A stretch of 64,000 nucleotides of DNA, taken from assembly GCF_009914755.1 (NCBI RefSeq), contig NC_060938.1; one strand, written 5' to 3'. The position numbers were made by a program, and so were the translations under genes. Shown here piece after piece: positions 33,358 through 47,434 of the stretch; the first letter of the stretch is position 1; the number at the start of each line of letters is the position of its first letter. This DNA comes from the human T2T-CHM13v2.0 reference genome, Homo sapiens. Below the pieces are notes generated by a model. It was not told the DNA's origin. It saw nothing but the letters and a program-made list of their open reading frames with translations, and made no database searches.

Positions 33358-33924
33358 GTAAAGGACAGACAGCAGGCCTGATATCCTCTCTCCTCTCCCA
33401 GATAGGTTCCAGCTATGCAGACACATGGCACTGCCCTTTCCCACACTCCCTCTCAGCTCTGACCCTGCAGGCAGCCTGGGGGAGGGGCTGGAGTTGGGGG
33501 AGGAGGGGTGCAAGGACCCGGATATACTTTCTACTCCTGTCCTTCCACCCCCACTCAGCTCATCCCATGGGACACCAGCCTCATGTCTACTCTGGAAAAT
33601 GGTGGCCCGCCAGATATGGGGGAGGGTTTAGGCTGAGGACAAAAGTCACTGGGAGTTAAGTTTTCTCTGTATTGAGTTGGGCCAGTCTCTTTGGAGGCTC
33701 TTCTGCCTTTGCCCAGCCCACTTTGGGCTTTATTCCAAGAAAAACACTGTGAACTCCAGGCCATGTTTTCTCCACAACGGGTGCCCAGTTCCCCAAGGGA
33801 TTCCCTTGCAGGATATCCTTTATCTTTCACCATTCCCATCCCATGGTAGACTGAAAATCTAGGGATGAATAAAGGATGAGACGGTGGGGATTTCAATGAG
33901 GTGGCCGCTCTCTCCCTCTGCCAG

Positions 33925-34124
33925 CTCCTAGGCTACAGTGAGAAGCCACTGACCCTACAGATGTTCATCGGCACTGCAGATGAAAGGAACCTGCGGCCTC
34001 ATGCCTTCTATCAGGTGCACCGTATCACAGGCAAGATGGTGGCCACGGCCAGCTATGAAGCCGTAGTCAGTGGCACCAAGGTGTTGGAGATGACTCTGCT
34101 GCCTGAGAACAACATGGCGGCCAA
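33925..34124 (+). CDS. NFATC4: NFATC4 exon 4
   Basis: [37 protein letters not shown]; AG/GT. Confidence 0.98.
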
Positions 34125-34448
34125 GTAAGTCCCATGCAACTTCCCCTCAGTCCGCAGGCTTTGTACTAGCTTTCTCCACTGGGCCTATGCTAGCCCACTT
34201 CTTCCTTTTCCCAGAAGAGGTAGACATTTTTCCTAGGAGCTGGCTTCAGGCCTACCCACCATCTGGAAGAGGACTTTTGGGGTTGGGGGTACCCCAGAGA
34301 GGCCATCTCTGGGTTAGAAAATAGCCTCCTAGGCACTCATCGAAAGTCATTCAAGGCTTTGGATGGAGGGCGGGAACTTCCCTCTTTAGGGATGTATCAC
34401 CATTTTGGCTTCAGCTAGGAGGGCTTGCCATCCATCCTTTGCCTCCAG

Positions 34449-34621
34449 CATTGACTGCGCGGGAATCCTGAAGCTTCGGAATTCAGACATTGAGCTTCGG
34501 AAGGGTGAGACGGACATCGGGCGCAAAAACACACGTGTACGGCTGGTGTTCCGGGTACACGTGCCCCAGGGCGGCGGGAAGGTCGTCTCAGTACAGGCAG
34601 CATCGGTGCCCATCGAGTGCT
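34449..34621 (+). CDS. NFATC4: NFATC4 exon 5
   Basis: [36 protein letters not shown]; AG/GT. Confidence 0.98.
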
Positions 34622-35079
34622 GTGAGCAAAGAGGCCCTGGGCCATGTCTCTGTCTCTTGCAACTCTTTTGTCTGTGTGTGTGTGTCTGTCTGCCCATTCC
34701 CTCTGCAGCGTCCTGTGCCCTGTCTGTCCTGGGTAGCTCTATAGAGGACTCAGCTTCTTTCTATTCTAGTTTGCCCCTGCCACAGACTCTGTCTCTGGGG
34801 TGGCCCAGAGTGACACTGGACCCTATCTATTCCTGGGGTGCCCTGTGCCCTTGTTTGGGAAACTCCCTGGTCTACCCTGTTTAACCCTCTCTCTGCTCTG
34901 GGAGCGGCCCCTTACATGGTGTATGTGACTCCATGGATATTACTGGTTTATTTGTGTGTCTACTGCTGAGGAGGGCTCCCTCAGAGCCCTGTGGCAGTTT
35001 TCCCAAAGAGGGTGGGGACAGAGGAGGCCACCCCTCCATGCCCAGCCCAGCCAGTCCTCTTCCTTGCACTGCTCTGCAG

Positions 35080-35220
35080 CCCAGCGCTCAGCCCAGGAGC
35101 TGCCCCAGGTGGAGGCCTACAGCCCCAGTGCCTGCTCTGTGAGAGGAGGCGAGGAACTGGTACTGACTGGCTCCAACTTCCTGCCAGACTCCAAGGTGGT
35201 GTTCATTGAGAGGGGTCCTG
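35080..35220 (+). CDS. NFATC4: NFATC4 exon 6 (IPT/TIG domain start)
   Basis: QRSAQELPQVEAYSPSACSVRGGEELVLTGSNF; AG/GT. Confidence 0.98.
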
Positions 35221-35716
35221 GTGAGTACCTGCTGGGGAGGGGAGGGCAGGCAGGGAGAGCTTGGGAGTGGCAGGTGAAACATCTCTGGCATTGTCACTAA
35301 ACTGGCCAGTGGAGCCTCAGTTTTTTTATTTGTAAAATGGGACAGACAGACTACCCTTTCTATTATACTGTCTGCTTTCCATGTGGGATGGGTATGACAG
35401 CAATCTAAAATGTTGAGGATGCTGAACAAATGGAAGCAATGCACATTCTGTCTAATAAAGAGGAGTCTGCTTTGAGATAATTTACCCCCATGTAGATAGG
35501 GTATATGAGGAGAAGGGAAGAGGTGATTTACACCCTCACAGCTGCCCGCTGGGCCCCTCTTGAGTTATGGGCAGTGATTAACAGAGCCTGTTAGGTGCCC
35601 CGAGATGGAGCTACAGGAGTGGAGGAAGGGAAGACTGAGGGTTTGAGTTGCCAGCACCAACCTGAGGCCTTTGCCCTCTCCAAACGCTGCTCACCAAGAG
35701 CCTCAGTCCCTATATT

Positions 35717-35967
35717 CTTTTTTTTTTGGTAGCAGGATCTCACTTTGTCACCCAGGGGAGTGCAGTGATGCTGCAATCACGGCTCACTGCAGCCTCAACC
35801 TCCTGGGCTCAAGCAATCCTCCAAAAATATTCTGTGTAGAGACAGGTTCTCCCCATGTTGCCCAGGCTGGTCTCAAACTCCTGGACTCAAGTGATCCTTC
35901 CACCTTGGCCTCCCAAGGTGGGAGTGGTGGGTTCTGGGATTACAGGCATGAGCCACTGCCTCTGGCC
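35717..35967 (-). mobile_element. AluJ antisense in NFATC4 intron 6, internally deleted
   Basis: Alu consensus with a deletion near the linker. Confidence 0.85.
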
Positions 35968-36413
35968 CCTATATCCAAATTTAGCATCCTGGGACCATGT
36001 CAGAGCTTCTCCAGAGGTTCTAGGTCATGATACTTGGGGGTCTCATTGCCTTCTGTCGAGCTAGGACCCTTTCCTACCTTTGGTCTTCCTTCTCAGCATT
36101 ATCATGGGAAAGGATGTTTGGAGCTGGGTGGGAGGGCTCAAGGGTTGCTTCCGTTACTGACTCCCTCTGGTTTCTGGGCTGGCCCTGCCATTTCCCTTGG
36201 TCTCAGTTTGCTTCCCTATACCTTGAGGACAGTTTTAAACCCTACCTCTTCCACTCATATTAAGTTAACATGCAGTGGGCTCCTCTGTGTGTCAGACCTT
36301 CTAGGGCCTTCTGAATTTGGCCTTGGCTCTAACAGGAGGGGAAATGGCAGAGAACTAGGGCAGGGGACAGGGGCGCTGGAGTTGGGCTGCAGCTCTCTGT
36401 TCCCTCTGGACAG

Positions 36414-36469
36414 ATGGGAAGCTGCAATGGGAGGAGGAGGCCACAGTGAACCGACTGCAGAGCAACGAG
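36414..36469 (+). CDS. NFATC4: NFATC4 exon 7
   Basis: DGKLQWEEEATVNRLQSNE; CAG|...|GTACCA. Confidence 0.96.
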
Positions 36470-36728
36470 GTACCAGTGTCACTTGGATACCTCCTGGGGG
36501 GCGGGGGTGGGAGAAGGCAGGGGATTCTCAGCTGGGTCCTCTTGCTCAGGGGAGTGGACTTTTCTGGAGGAGGGAGACTGGCCATTCTGTAAGCAGGTGC
36601 ATCTCTAGGGAATGAACTTTGCATCTTAGAAAATGGAGAAGGCTAGGAGGTGGAGTCTGGGCCCCTGGAAAGGCTGGGCTAAGCCCAGATGCCCGAGGGC
36701 TCCCTGCCTCATTTTTACTCTTCCCTAG

Positions 36729-36855
36729 GTGACGCTGACCCTGACTGTCCCCGAGTACAGCAACAAGAGGGTTTCCCGGCCAGTCCAGGTCTACTTTTAT
36801 GTCTCCAATGGGCGGAGGAAACGCAGTCCTACCCAGAGTTTCAGGTTTCTGCCTG
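36729..36855 (+). CDS. NFATC4: NFATC4 exon 8
   Basis: VTLTLTVPEYSNKRVSRPVQVYFYVSNGRRKRSPTQSFRFLP; second NLS. Confidence 0.98.
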
Positions 36856-37047
36856 GTGCGCTCTGGGACAGCCCATGGTGGGGGTATAGGGATATGGGGA
36901 GCTGGAGCAGGAGCAGAGGGAAGCAGTACTCATCATGAGGGGCCAAGGGGTGAATGGAACCTGGGAGGAGCAGGCAGCTGGAAGGTGTGCAGTGGGGAGA
37001 CTACCAGACCTCTCACCAGCATGTCCTCCCACTTCCTGTCTTCCCAG

Positions 37048-37632
37048 TGATCTGCAAAGAGGAGCCCCTACCGGACTCATCTCTGCGGGGCTTCCCTTCA
37101 GCATCGGCAACCCCCTTTGGCACTGACATGGACTTCTCACCACCCAGGCCCCCCTACCCCTCCTATCCCCATGAAGACCCTGCTTGCGAAACTCCTTACC
37201 TATCAGAAGGCTTCGGCTATGGCATGCCCCCTCTGTACCCCCAGACGGGGCCCCCACCATCCTACAGACCGGGCCTGCGGATGTTCCCTGAGACTAGGGG
37301 TACCACAGGTTGTGCCCAACCACCTGCAGTTTCCTTCCTTCCCCGCCCCTTCCCTAGTGACCCGTATGGAGGGCGGGGCTCCTCTTTCCCCCTGGGGCTG
37401 CCATTCTCTCCGCCAGCCCCCTTTCGGCCGCCTCCTCTTCCTGCATCCCCACCGCTTGAAGGCCCCTTCCCTTCCCAGAGTGATGTGCATCCCCTACCTG
37501 CTGAGGGATACAATAAGGTAGGGCCAGGCTATGGCCCTGGGGAGGGGGCTCCGGAGCAGGAGAAATCCAGGGGTGGCTACAGCAGCGGCTTCCGAGACAG
37601 TGTCCCTATCCAGGGTATCACGCTGGAGGAAG
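37048..37632 (+). CDS. NFATC4: NFATC4 exon 9 (Pro-rich C-terminal region)
   Basis: VICKEEPLPDSS...GITLEE; AG/GT. Confidence 0.97.
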
Positions 37633-38391
37633 GTGGGTGTGGGACTGGGGGCTGTGAGTGTGAGTGTGTGCAAGAGATTGCTCTGCATGTTTGCTGAGGG
37701 CTGGAGCTGGGCTTTTCAGAGATCGGGCATCCCTGGTCTCTCAGGGCCAGTTGGAGGTTCCCAGGAGGCATGTTCTTGATGCCTGTGGCTGCCTGAATCC
37801 AATTAACTGAATTCTGAAGAGTGCATGGGGTAACTGTCTCAGCCTTTCTCCTGTCTCTGCCTCTGTCCTCTGCTCCAAATCATAAAATCTCAGAGCTAGA
37901 AGCACTTTCAAGATCATTCCATCCAGCGCATTCAATTTGCAAGTTTAGGCGTTGAGTTCCAGAGAGGGATGGTAGCTTGCTGAGGTCCCAGTCAAGCACA
38001 CTTGCCATTGCCTCAGCTTTCCCCTAAACACGGTGTCTGTGGTCAGGGTTGGTGAGGAGGAGCTTTCCTGTTTTGCCTCTCCTTCTTCCCATTGGCTACA
38101 CCCATCTCTGGCCCTGCTGATACCGATTCCCCTGACATTTCAGGCTAAGCCAGCAGGAAAGGGCTAGGACGGGTGCCTGGGAGCCCACATGGAGGGAGTT
38201 GGGCAAGATTTGATTCGGAGCAGGTGTCAAGACGTGTTGGGGAAACTGAGGCCCAGTGGAATAGAAGCCAGTAGAGGAGGAATCTAGAGGCCTCCTAGAT
38301 TAAGGCCTGCCTGGAATGGATTGGGGGTGGGTCTTTGGAAAAGGAGGGGACCCACCTCTAGCCCAGTCTCTCAACTGCCCCTCCTTTACAG

Positions 38392-38459
38392 TGAGTGAGA
38401 TCATTGGCCGAGACCTGAGTGGCTTCCCTGCACCTCCTGGAGAAGAGCCTCCTGCCTGA
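38392..38459 (+). CDS. NFATC4: NFATC4 last coding exon (VSEIIGRDLSGFPAPPGEEPPA*)
   Basis: Conserved NFAT C-terminal motif; summed CDS is 2709 nt = 902 aa plus stop. Confidence 0.97.
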
Positions 38460-38787
38460 ACCACGTGAACTGTCATCACCTGGCAACCCCAGCCCCAGCC
38501 TCAGCCCTGCCCCCTTTCCCTCCTTCCTGGAGTGGTGGCTACAGAAGCTTGGGGCCAACCCTGGCTCCTCTTTCCCCAGCTTCTGTCTGTCTCACTGTCT
38601 TCCCTCCCCTCCCCCAGCTGAGGTGTGGCCCTCAGGCCTGGTGCTGCCTTGGAGGGCTGGGGGAAGGAGTGTGTGGAGGAGGGAGGAGGGTGAAGACTGA
38701 GGCTAGGTGCCAGAATGGACTGGAGTGAAGGCGTGTCTAGAGTGTGGGCTGGCTGTTGTGCTGGAAAGCTGGGGACAGGTTGATGGT

Positions 38788-38793
38788 AATAAA
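38788..38793 (+). terminator. NFATC4: NFATC4 proximal poly(A) signal AATAAA
   Basis: First canonical hexamer, about 330 nt after the stop. Confidence 0.7.
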
Positions 38794-40331
38794 CTGCTCA
38801 ATGACCAGTGCTTCAGGCTCCAGAGCTCTTTGGAGAGATGGGTTGGGGCAGCTTACTCCAGCCCTGGCCCAAGGAGGCCCAGAAGTTGGAAAGAGATGGA
38901 ATGTGGCTGGGAACATTGCATCCCAAAGAGCTTCTCAGTGGAGGAGGCTGGGGAAGGCATGAGGGGGCTCAGAGGCTCCTTGACTGGGACCAGGATTGGG
39001 GGCCAGGGCTTGAGTAGGCCTCTCCACTCTCCTCCTTGGGGGTCCAGATTCCTTAGGAGCTTTGGGATGAGGCCCAGGAGGCTGCATTTTTCCAGGTCCT
39101 TAGTCTTGCCACCACACAGATGATTCTGATTCATAGCCAAGATGAGGACACACTGATGTAGCTGATCTCTCATTTACAGAGGAGGATTCTAAAGTTCAGA
39201 GAGGGAAAGGGGCTTGCCTGAGGTCACGTAGATAATCAGCAGCACATTGAACGCTGCACTCCTGGGCTCCTGTCCCCAGCCCGCATTCAGACACGCTGAC
39301 TCAGGAGGTCCAGGCCTCTAAGGCTTCTCTCCCTGGAGTGAGGGTGGAGGTGAGGGAGAGCTGGCACAAGCCCTCCCTCTGGATCCTCCACTCCTGGGGA
39401 TTATGAAGATATTCTGGAAAGATTTGTGCTTCAGAGGTAGACTGCAGAAAGCAAACAGTCTACCCAGCAGCTCTGAATGTCACCTGCCCTGGGGCTTACA
39501 GCACTATATGAGTTCCTGGCCTATCCTGCAAATATGCCCATGCTGGCCTTCTAAATAGCTGGTACATCCATCACCACTGACGGGCCTGGCCTGGAAACCT
39601 GGTTTGTCCCCTGTCTTGATGGCCTACGAGAGGCCAAGTTCCACTGGGCTGGGAAAAGTCACTTTGTCTGTCTTGTTCACCTGGAGCCTGACACACCGTA
39701 GGTACTGAGTACAAATAGCTTGATTTGGCTAGGCTTGGCTGCAGGGGGACGTGCCTAAAAGACATTCCGGGCATTTGCACTTGGGAAACTTGCCTCACCT
39801 TCAGGCTTGTGGGGCCTCTCTATGCCCAATGAGTCCAGGCAGTCCTAGCAAGTACTCAGGAGAGCAGGGGTGGGTGTGACAGAGGCTGGCTCTGGATTGG
39901 GGGACAACAGAACCAGAGTAACTCCTCGCCTGTTGCTGCTTTGCAATGAATTTCCTTTACCTTTCTGGAACACAAGCTGCTGTGAACCAAACTGATATCA
40001 AGTGATTAGCTCACCGGGCCTTGGTTGCTTTTCAAAGATCCCCTTCAGCCCCCTGCCAGAGTCACTGCCCCATAATCACCATGTCAGAAGGGACCCTAGG
40101 GCATTCGTGTCCTATTTATCAATCTTCAGCACCACCTCTAAGATCTCTGAGAGAGGGTGGATCAGCCTCTGTGTAAACAAAAAGCTGTTAGGACTTGTTG
40201 CCTCTCAAGGTGGACTATTCTGTTTTCTGCCAGGACACTGCCATTCATGCATTGTCAGATATTTATTAAACAGCAGCAAAGTGCCAGCCAATTTGTCCTG
40301 GAGGAATTCATAGCCTCATGGGGCAAAAGTA

Positions 40332-40337
40332 AATAAA
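40332..40337 (+). terminator. NFATC4: NFATC4 distal poly(A) signal AATAAA
   Basis: Canonical hexamer followed by U-rich and GU-rich sequence; would give a ~1.9-kb 3' UTR. Confidence 0.6.
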
Positions 40338-40417
40338 CAGCTTATTACAATTCAACAATTCAAACTCAATATTTTTTGTACAGAGAGTACATTAGACCTT
40401 GAGGAGTCAGTGAACAA

Positions 40418-40755
<338 letters not shown>

Positions 40756-41529
40756 TGAACAATTTAAGTATGAGATGCAGAGGGAACAGAGGAGAGGCAT
40801 TCCATCCAGCTGTGGGGGTTGCAGGGAACTTCAGGGGTGACTTCTAAACTGGGACGTGAAGATGATAAGCTAAGAGTAGGGGAAGGGCAGGCCAGGCAGA
40901 GGGACCAGAAGAGGCAAAGTCCTGGAGGGGAGTGGCAAGGAAGGAAGGCTGACCGATCTCTAGGGCCTGGTATATCTGGAGAACTCTGAAAGGTTCCACT
41001 TCGAGGGTGGGAAGGCAGGTGAAGTTCTGGAAGTGGGGGGCTATAAGAAGGGATTGCGGAGGGAAGCCAGGCTGAATTCTGAAGGACCTTATAGGCTGCC
41101 AGGGCATTTAGAGTTTTCTAAGGATGATGGGCACTCTCCCACTAGACTGTAGGCCTTCGGCCGTGAGTGATGTAAGAGATTTGCCATAAAGTTCTTCCTC
41201 ACATTGAGCTCACACCTGCTTCTTTGTGACTGCTCTGTAAGGGGCTCGTTATGCCCTCTGGGCCCACACTGTTTCAGGCCTAACCCCTCTTCTCTTTGGA
41301 ATCCTGATGTGGGTCGGCCTCCTGGCGCCTTTGTGTGTAGTCACTCTGAGACTGGGGTCATTGTCTTCTCCCAGGCTCTCTACAGACATGTAGCTTCCTG
41401 AGGCTGTAGTTAGGAGAGAGAAGAACGAGGCTGGGTCTCCAGGTGGTGTCAGAAAAGACCTTCTTGGCCCAGGTCTGAGGATTACTTGTGTTTGAACCAC
41501 TAAGGAGGTTTTTGTTTTTGTTTTGTTTT

Positions 41530-41645
41530 TAATACAGATTCCTAGGCAACACTTAACCTCCTTGGGAGGGAGGGCTGGACCCAGGTATCTGCATATTAAT
41601 GAATACCTTTGGTGATTCTTCAGCACAGGAAAGTTCAAGTACTAG
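41530..41645. mobile_element. MER5-type hAT fragment
   Basis: 'aatacagattcctagg...cccaggtatctgcatattaa...ggtgattct'. Confidence 0.6.
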
Positions 41646-42774
41646 AGTCACCTGCCAATTGTCATTCCTTCCCATTCCAGACTCCAAAATAGCCCACTGC
41701 CCCGGTCTCTAAATCTTGTCTAGGCTGCCCTGGGTAGAGAGTCAGCTGGTGAAGAGGAGGAGATGGGCACACAAAGTCCTCACATTGCAGTTCATCCTTC
41801 CCCTCACCTGGCTCTGTCCTGCTAGCTAGAGAATCTGAGGATGGTCTCAGGCACAGCCTGAAGCCCCAGTACAGGAGCATCTGCCCTCTGAACTTACTGA
41901 GTCTCCTTCTCTGGCTGGAACTCTGGGCCTCCACGATGCTTTGGGGAGTGGCGTGTTGTGCAGCTTTCCATTGGGGTTTGGGATCTGCTTGGATTGAGTT
42001 CTGTGATGCCTTGGAACCCACTGCTGGACTTTCTACATTGTCATGGAGAGGAATTCCTGGAAATTCCAGATGCAGAAAGTGCACAGGGGTTTGGCTGCTT
42101 TTTTGGGAGCCTGTTTTAATGGCCTCAGTGTCTTGACTGTTCAGGTAGCCAATTCCCCACAAAGTGCTGCAGGGCCCCTGCTCTGTGCCAAGCCCTGTGC
42201 TAGGCTCCAGGGACATGCATCTCACTGCGGCCTTGACCTGGAAGAGCAGACAATCTCATCACTAATGAGAGAGACCTTCCTGCCTAGAGACTGAGGTGAA
42301 CAGAGCAATGAGTAATGGTGGGGAAGTCCCTGCGGCTTTGGGATGTCAGAGAAAGGCACTGAATCTGTCCTCTCTCGCTGCTTGTGTATCTCTTGTAGTA
42401 ACAGTAGACAATTACGTTTTGAGTTAACCTGTGAGTCCATCCCTTATGGTGGGAACATGACATTCTCTGAAAGGAACAGATGGTCCCAATGTTCATTCTA
42501 CTGGAATAAAGAGCGTCTGGGGTCAGGAAATGGGGATTTGTTACTGAGGCCTTGGGTAGAGTTAGAGGAAGCATCTCTCTGTACTTCTCTCTCCTGGGCG
42601 TGAACCCTGAGGGCACTAGTTAGGCCAGGCTGTTCCCAAGCAGCCCCCACCAAGGTGAGGGAGAATCCTGGCAGGGCCGGGAGCCAAGGGCCAAGTGGCA
42701 AGGAGGCAGCTCCATTGCTGGGTGGCGCTCTACTTTTATGCTCCTTTGAGCAATTCCTTTCAGTTCTTCCTGGA

Positions 42775-43235
42775 TGTCTTACTTTCCTAGGGCTGCTGAA
42801 CCAAAGCACCACAAACCGGGTGGCTTAAAACAACAGAAATTTATCGTCTCACAGTTCAGGAGGCCAGCAGACTGAAATCAAGCTGTTGGCAGGGTCGGTT
42901 GCTTCTGCAGGCCCTGAGGGAGGATCTGTTCCATGCCTGTCTCTTAGCTCCTGATGGCTGCTGGCAGGCTTTGATGTTCCTCAGCTTGTCGAACCATCAC
43001 TCCAATCTTGGCCTCTGTTGTCACATGGCTGTTCCCTATGGCTCCTCTGTGTCTGTGTCCAAATCTACCTCCTTTCTCTTATAAAAGACACTGATCATTG
43101 GATTTAGGGCCCACCCTAATCCACTATGACCTCATCTTAACTTGAATACATCTAGAAAGACCCTGTTTCCAAATAATGTCACATTTACAGGTACTGGAGC
43201 TCAGGACTTGAACATATCTCTTTTGGGGACCCAAC
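42775..43235 (-). mobile_element. MLT1B/C MaLR LTR
   Basis: 'ggtggcttaaaacaacagaaatttat' and 'ttggatttagggcccaccctaatcca...gacctcatcttaac'. Confidence 0.88.
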
Positions 43236-43729
43236 TGAATTCCCTACACTGGGTTTCCTGCAAAATTTTGTCAGTCATTATGATCTCAATTTTGCTATGG
43301 AAGGTTAAGTAAAAGTGCCCGTGTTTGAGTCCAAGTAGTGAAGGGGAGAACATCGTCTTCTGATGCCAGCTTGGTAGATGCAGCCATAATTCATGGGATT
43401 CCCAAGGGAAAGGTGACTTTTGAAGGAGGAAAAAGTAGGAATTTGAGGCCCAAATCCTCAAGAAATTCTTCCTGTCCTGCTGCCCTTAGACAATCTTGGT
43501 GTTATTTTATTTGGGATGCTGGCCGACTGTAGATTTACTTACAACTACATTTCCAAACTGGAAAGAGTTAATAAGATGAAAAAGGAGTAAGTCATTACAT
43601 GAGGATGGGATTCTTCATGAGTATTGTATATTAAAAGCTCTGAGGAGTCCTCTGAGAAATCCCATTAGCTGTTTAATCCAGTGTTTCCCAAACTTACTTA
43701 ATCATGATGCTCTTTTCTGTAGGACAGTA

Positions 43730-44215
43730 CTGTGTTCATTAATTACTCCCATGTAACACATTACCCCATAACGTAGTGGCTTAGAACAACAATGAAAAAC
43801 TATTTCTCAGAGTTTCTGGGGGTCAGAAACTTGGAAGTAGCTTGGCTGAGCAGTTTTGGCTTGGTATCTTTCATGAGGCTACAGTCATTGGAAGTGTTGC
43901 TGGGACTGGAGGATCCATATTCTAGGTGGCTCAGTCACAGGGCTGGCAAGTGGGTGTTGGCTGCTGGTGGGAGGCCTCAGTTCTTCACCCTCTGGGCTCT
44001 CCACAGGGCTGCTTGTGTGTCCTCATGACATGGCAGTTGGGGCTTACCCCACCGTGAGCTACCCAAGAAGCCAGGGTGGAAACTTCATAACCTTCCCTTG
44101 GAAGGAACTGTCACCTCCACCATACCCTATTAATCACACAGACCAGCCCTAATTCAGTGTGGGGACACCAGAAGGTGAAGGTCATATGGTGCTATCTTGG
44201 AGGCCGAGTGCTACA
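43730..44215 (-). mobile_element. Older MLT1 MaLR LTR
   Basis: 'gtagtggcttagaacaac' and 'ctgctggtgggaggcctcagttcttc...cctcatgacatggcag'. Confidence 0.75.
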
Positions 44216-44352
44216 TTAATTAATTCACTCAACCAATATTAACCAGTACCTAATAGTGCCAGGCACTGTTCTAGACACTGAGGATACAACAATGAACACA
44301 ACAGACATACACTTGTCTCCATGGAGCTCACATTCTAGTGATACTTCATTCA

Positions 44353-44772
<420 letters not shown>

Positions 44773-45254
44773 TCAAGGGAATGAGGTCTCCTGACATAGG
44801 CTTGGAGAGTGGTCAGGGATGGTTTCCTGAAAGAGGTAGACGTGAAGTTAGCCAATCACAGGAGGAGTGGGAAGAGGAAAAGTGTTGCAAGCAGATGGAA
44901 CAGCATGTACAATGCCCCAAAGCTTGATACAGTTGGAGAACGAAAGTGGCAGGAGCATACTATGTGTGTATATGTGTTATGTGTGTGCTCGTGCATGTGT
45001 GTGCCTGCCCATGCATGTGAGGTGGGGAGAAGAGGTGAAAGATGAGGTTAGATGAGGTAATTTGCTGTGGGAGGGGAGGCACAGAGATGTCAGTGATGGC
45101 ATCCATGTGCCTGGTGTCAATCACAGTGATAGAGTATAGACGGGGAGAGAAGGGAGTGGAGAAAAGGAGTAAGAGAGGTTTGGGTTGGTTATGAAATGAA
45201 GAACTCAGTTTTGTTCACACTGAGTACAAGCCATCTTTGGGGTTGTCAAGAGCC

Positions 45255-46645
45255 TGTTACAGGTTAGCAATTCCGCAACTGCTTTCTATGCATACCAGTG
45301 TTGAACAAATAAGTAAATAAACTGTCGCTAGTGGGAGGCAGGTTTCTCACTGTCACAGAAAGAAGAGGGGTGTTAGGATGGTGGTGGTGCTGGATTTGAG
45401 CTGGAGATATCAGCATGAATTCATGTGCATTTTAATACATATATGTACACTCAATAGTATAGAATATCTTTAATAGATCCATATAGATATCTTTATCTAT
45501 CTATAGATCTCTATATGGATTTATAATCCATAGATGTCTATATGGTGTGTATGTATGTACAAACAGATAGAGAAATAAATATAGATATGGTATACACACA
45601 CACACAAACACACACACACATATATATATAAAATGTATGTTAGTATATATACTTATATTTGTTAGCTTTGTCTGCAAAGAGGGCCTAAAAGAAGTGATAC
45701 CCCATTAGCAACAAGAGTACTTAGCACCCAGATCTTGGTTTCTAAATAATATTCTCCAATAAAGGAGCCAGGGTTCCTTGGAAAAATGGTTAATTCTTGA
45801 GCTGGGACAGGGAACACATAAGATGATCCTGGAACAACTTTTAGTGCCAGAAAATAAAGAAGTGCAAAAAAAAAAAAAAAAAAAGGGAAGGAGGGGCATA
45901 TCAAAAGGACACAGGAGCCAACCTGAAAGAGCTCCCAATGGCCAAATCTGGAACAGTTTGAGCAACGGTAATAGATAATAATATTGGATTATAACTCCAA
46001 GAGTAAAATAAACCTTTATGAATCCATACTGATGTAAATAAAGTCTTGAATAAATAACTAAATGAGAGAGAAGAACTAAATGCAGAAGAATTCTAATTAT
46101 AAATGTATAAGGAATAAGGAAAATAGAAAATCAGTATTAGATCATCACAATAATAATTGCTACAGGCAAGATCCATTGATTAATGCTAAAAGCAGTAGAT
46201 AAAACTTTAAGGAAAAACAGGACATTTGCAAAACCTTCAAGTATCTGCCCCAAAATACATGAATACCTGAGTGGTTTTCACACACTATCACAAATTCTTT
46301 GATTTCCCTTTCTCCAGGAGGTGCAGCTTATTTCCTCTTGCCTTGAGTGTGCTCTGGACTTGGGGACCTCCTTCTTACGGACTATGGAAAGAAAAAAACA
46401 GTAACTTTACAGTAGAGAAACCTCACAAACACCACCTGAACCGAATGGTCAAGATGAAGATCACCAGCAATAAATCATGTTGACATCATGTGCCCCCATA
46501 TACTGCAACGAGAAGCGCACATCACCTTTGTGCTACTCCTGCCAAAATCAACAACCTTAGTCTTTTCATGAGAAAACACCAGACAATCCCAGATTGGGGG
46601 ACCTTCTACAAAATACCTAACCATGAGTCTTAAAAAGTGTTGAAA
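45255..46645 (+). mobile_element. L1MC/MD-type 3' UTR fragment
   Basis: 'ccttggaaaaatggttaattcttgagctggg', 'aacagtaactttacagtagagaaacct', 'catgagaaaacaccagacaatccc'. Confidence 0.8.
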
Positions 46646-46661
46646 TTTAAATTAAAAAAAA

Positions 46662-47434
<773 letters not shown>

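Noticed and set aside
38986-38992. miR-133 seed-like GGGACCA in the NFATC4 3' UTR
   Set aside because: Offset short match expected by chance; cannot be supported from sequence alone
41662-42225. 187-aa minus-strand ORF downstream of NFATC4
   Set aside because: No recognisable homology or exon structure; likely chance
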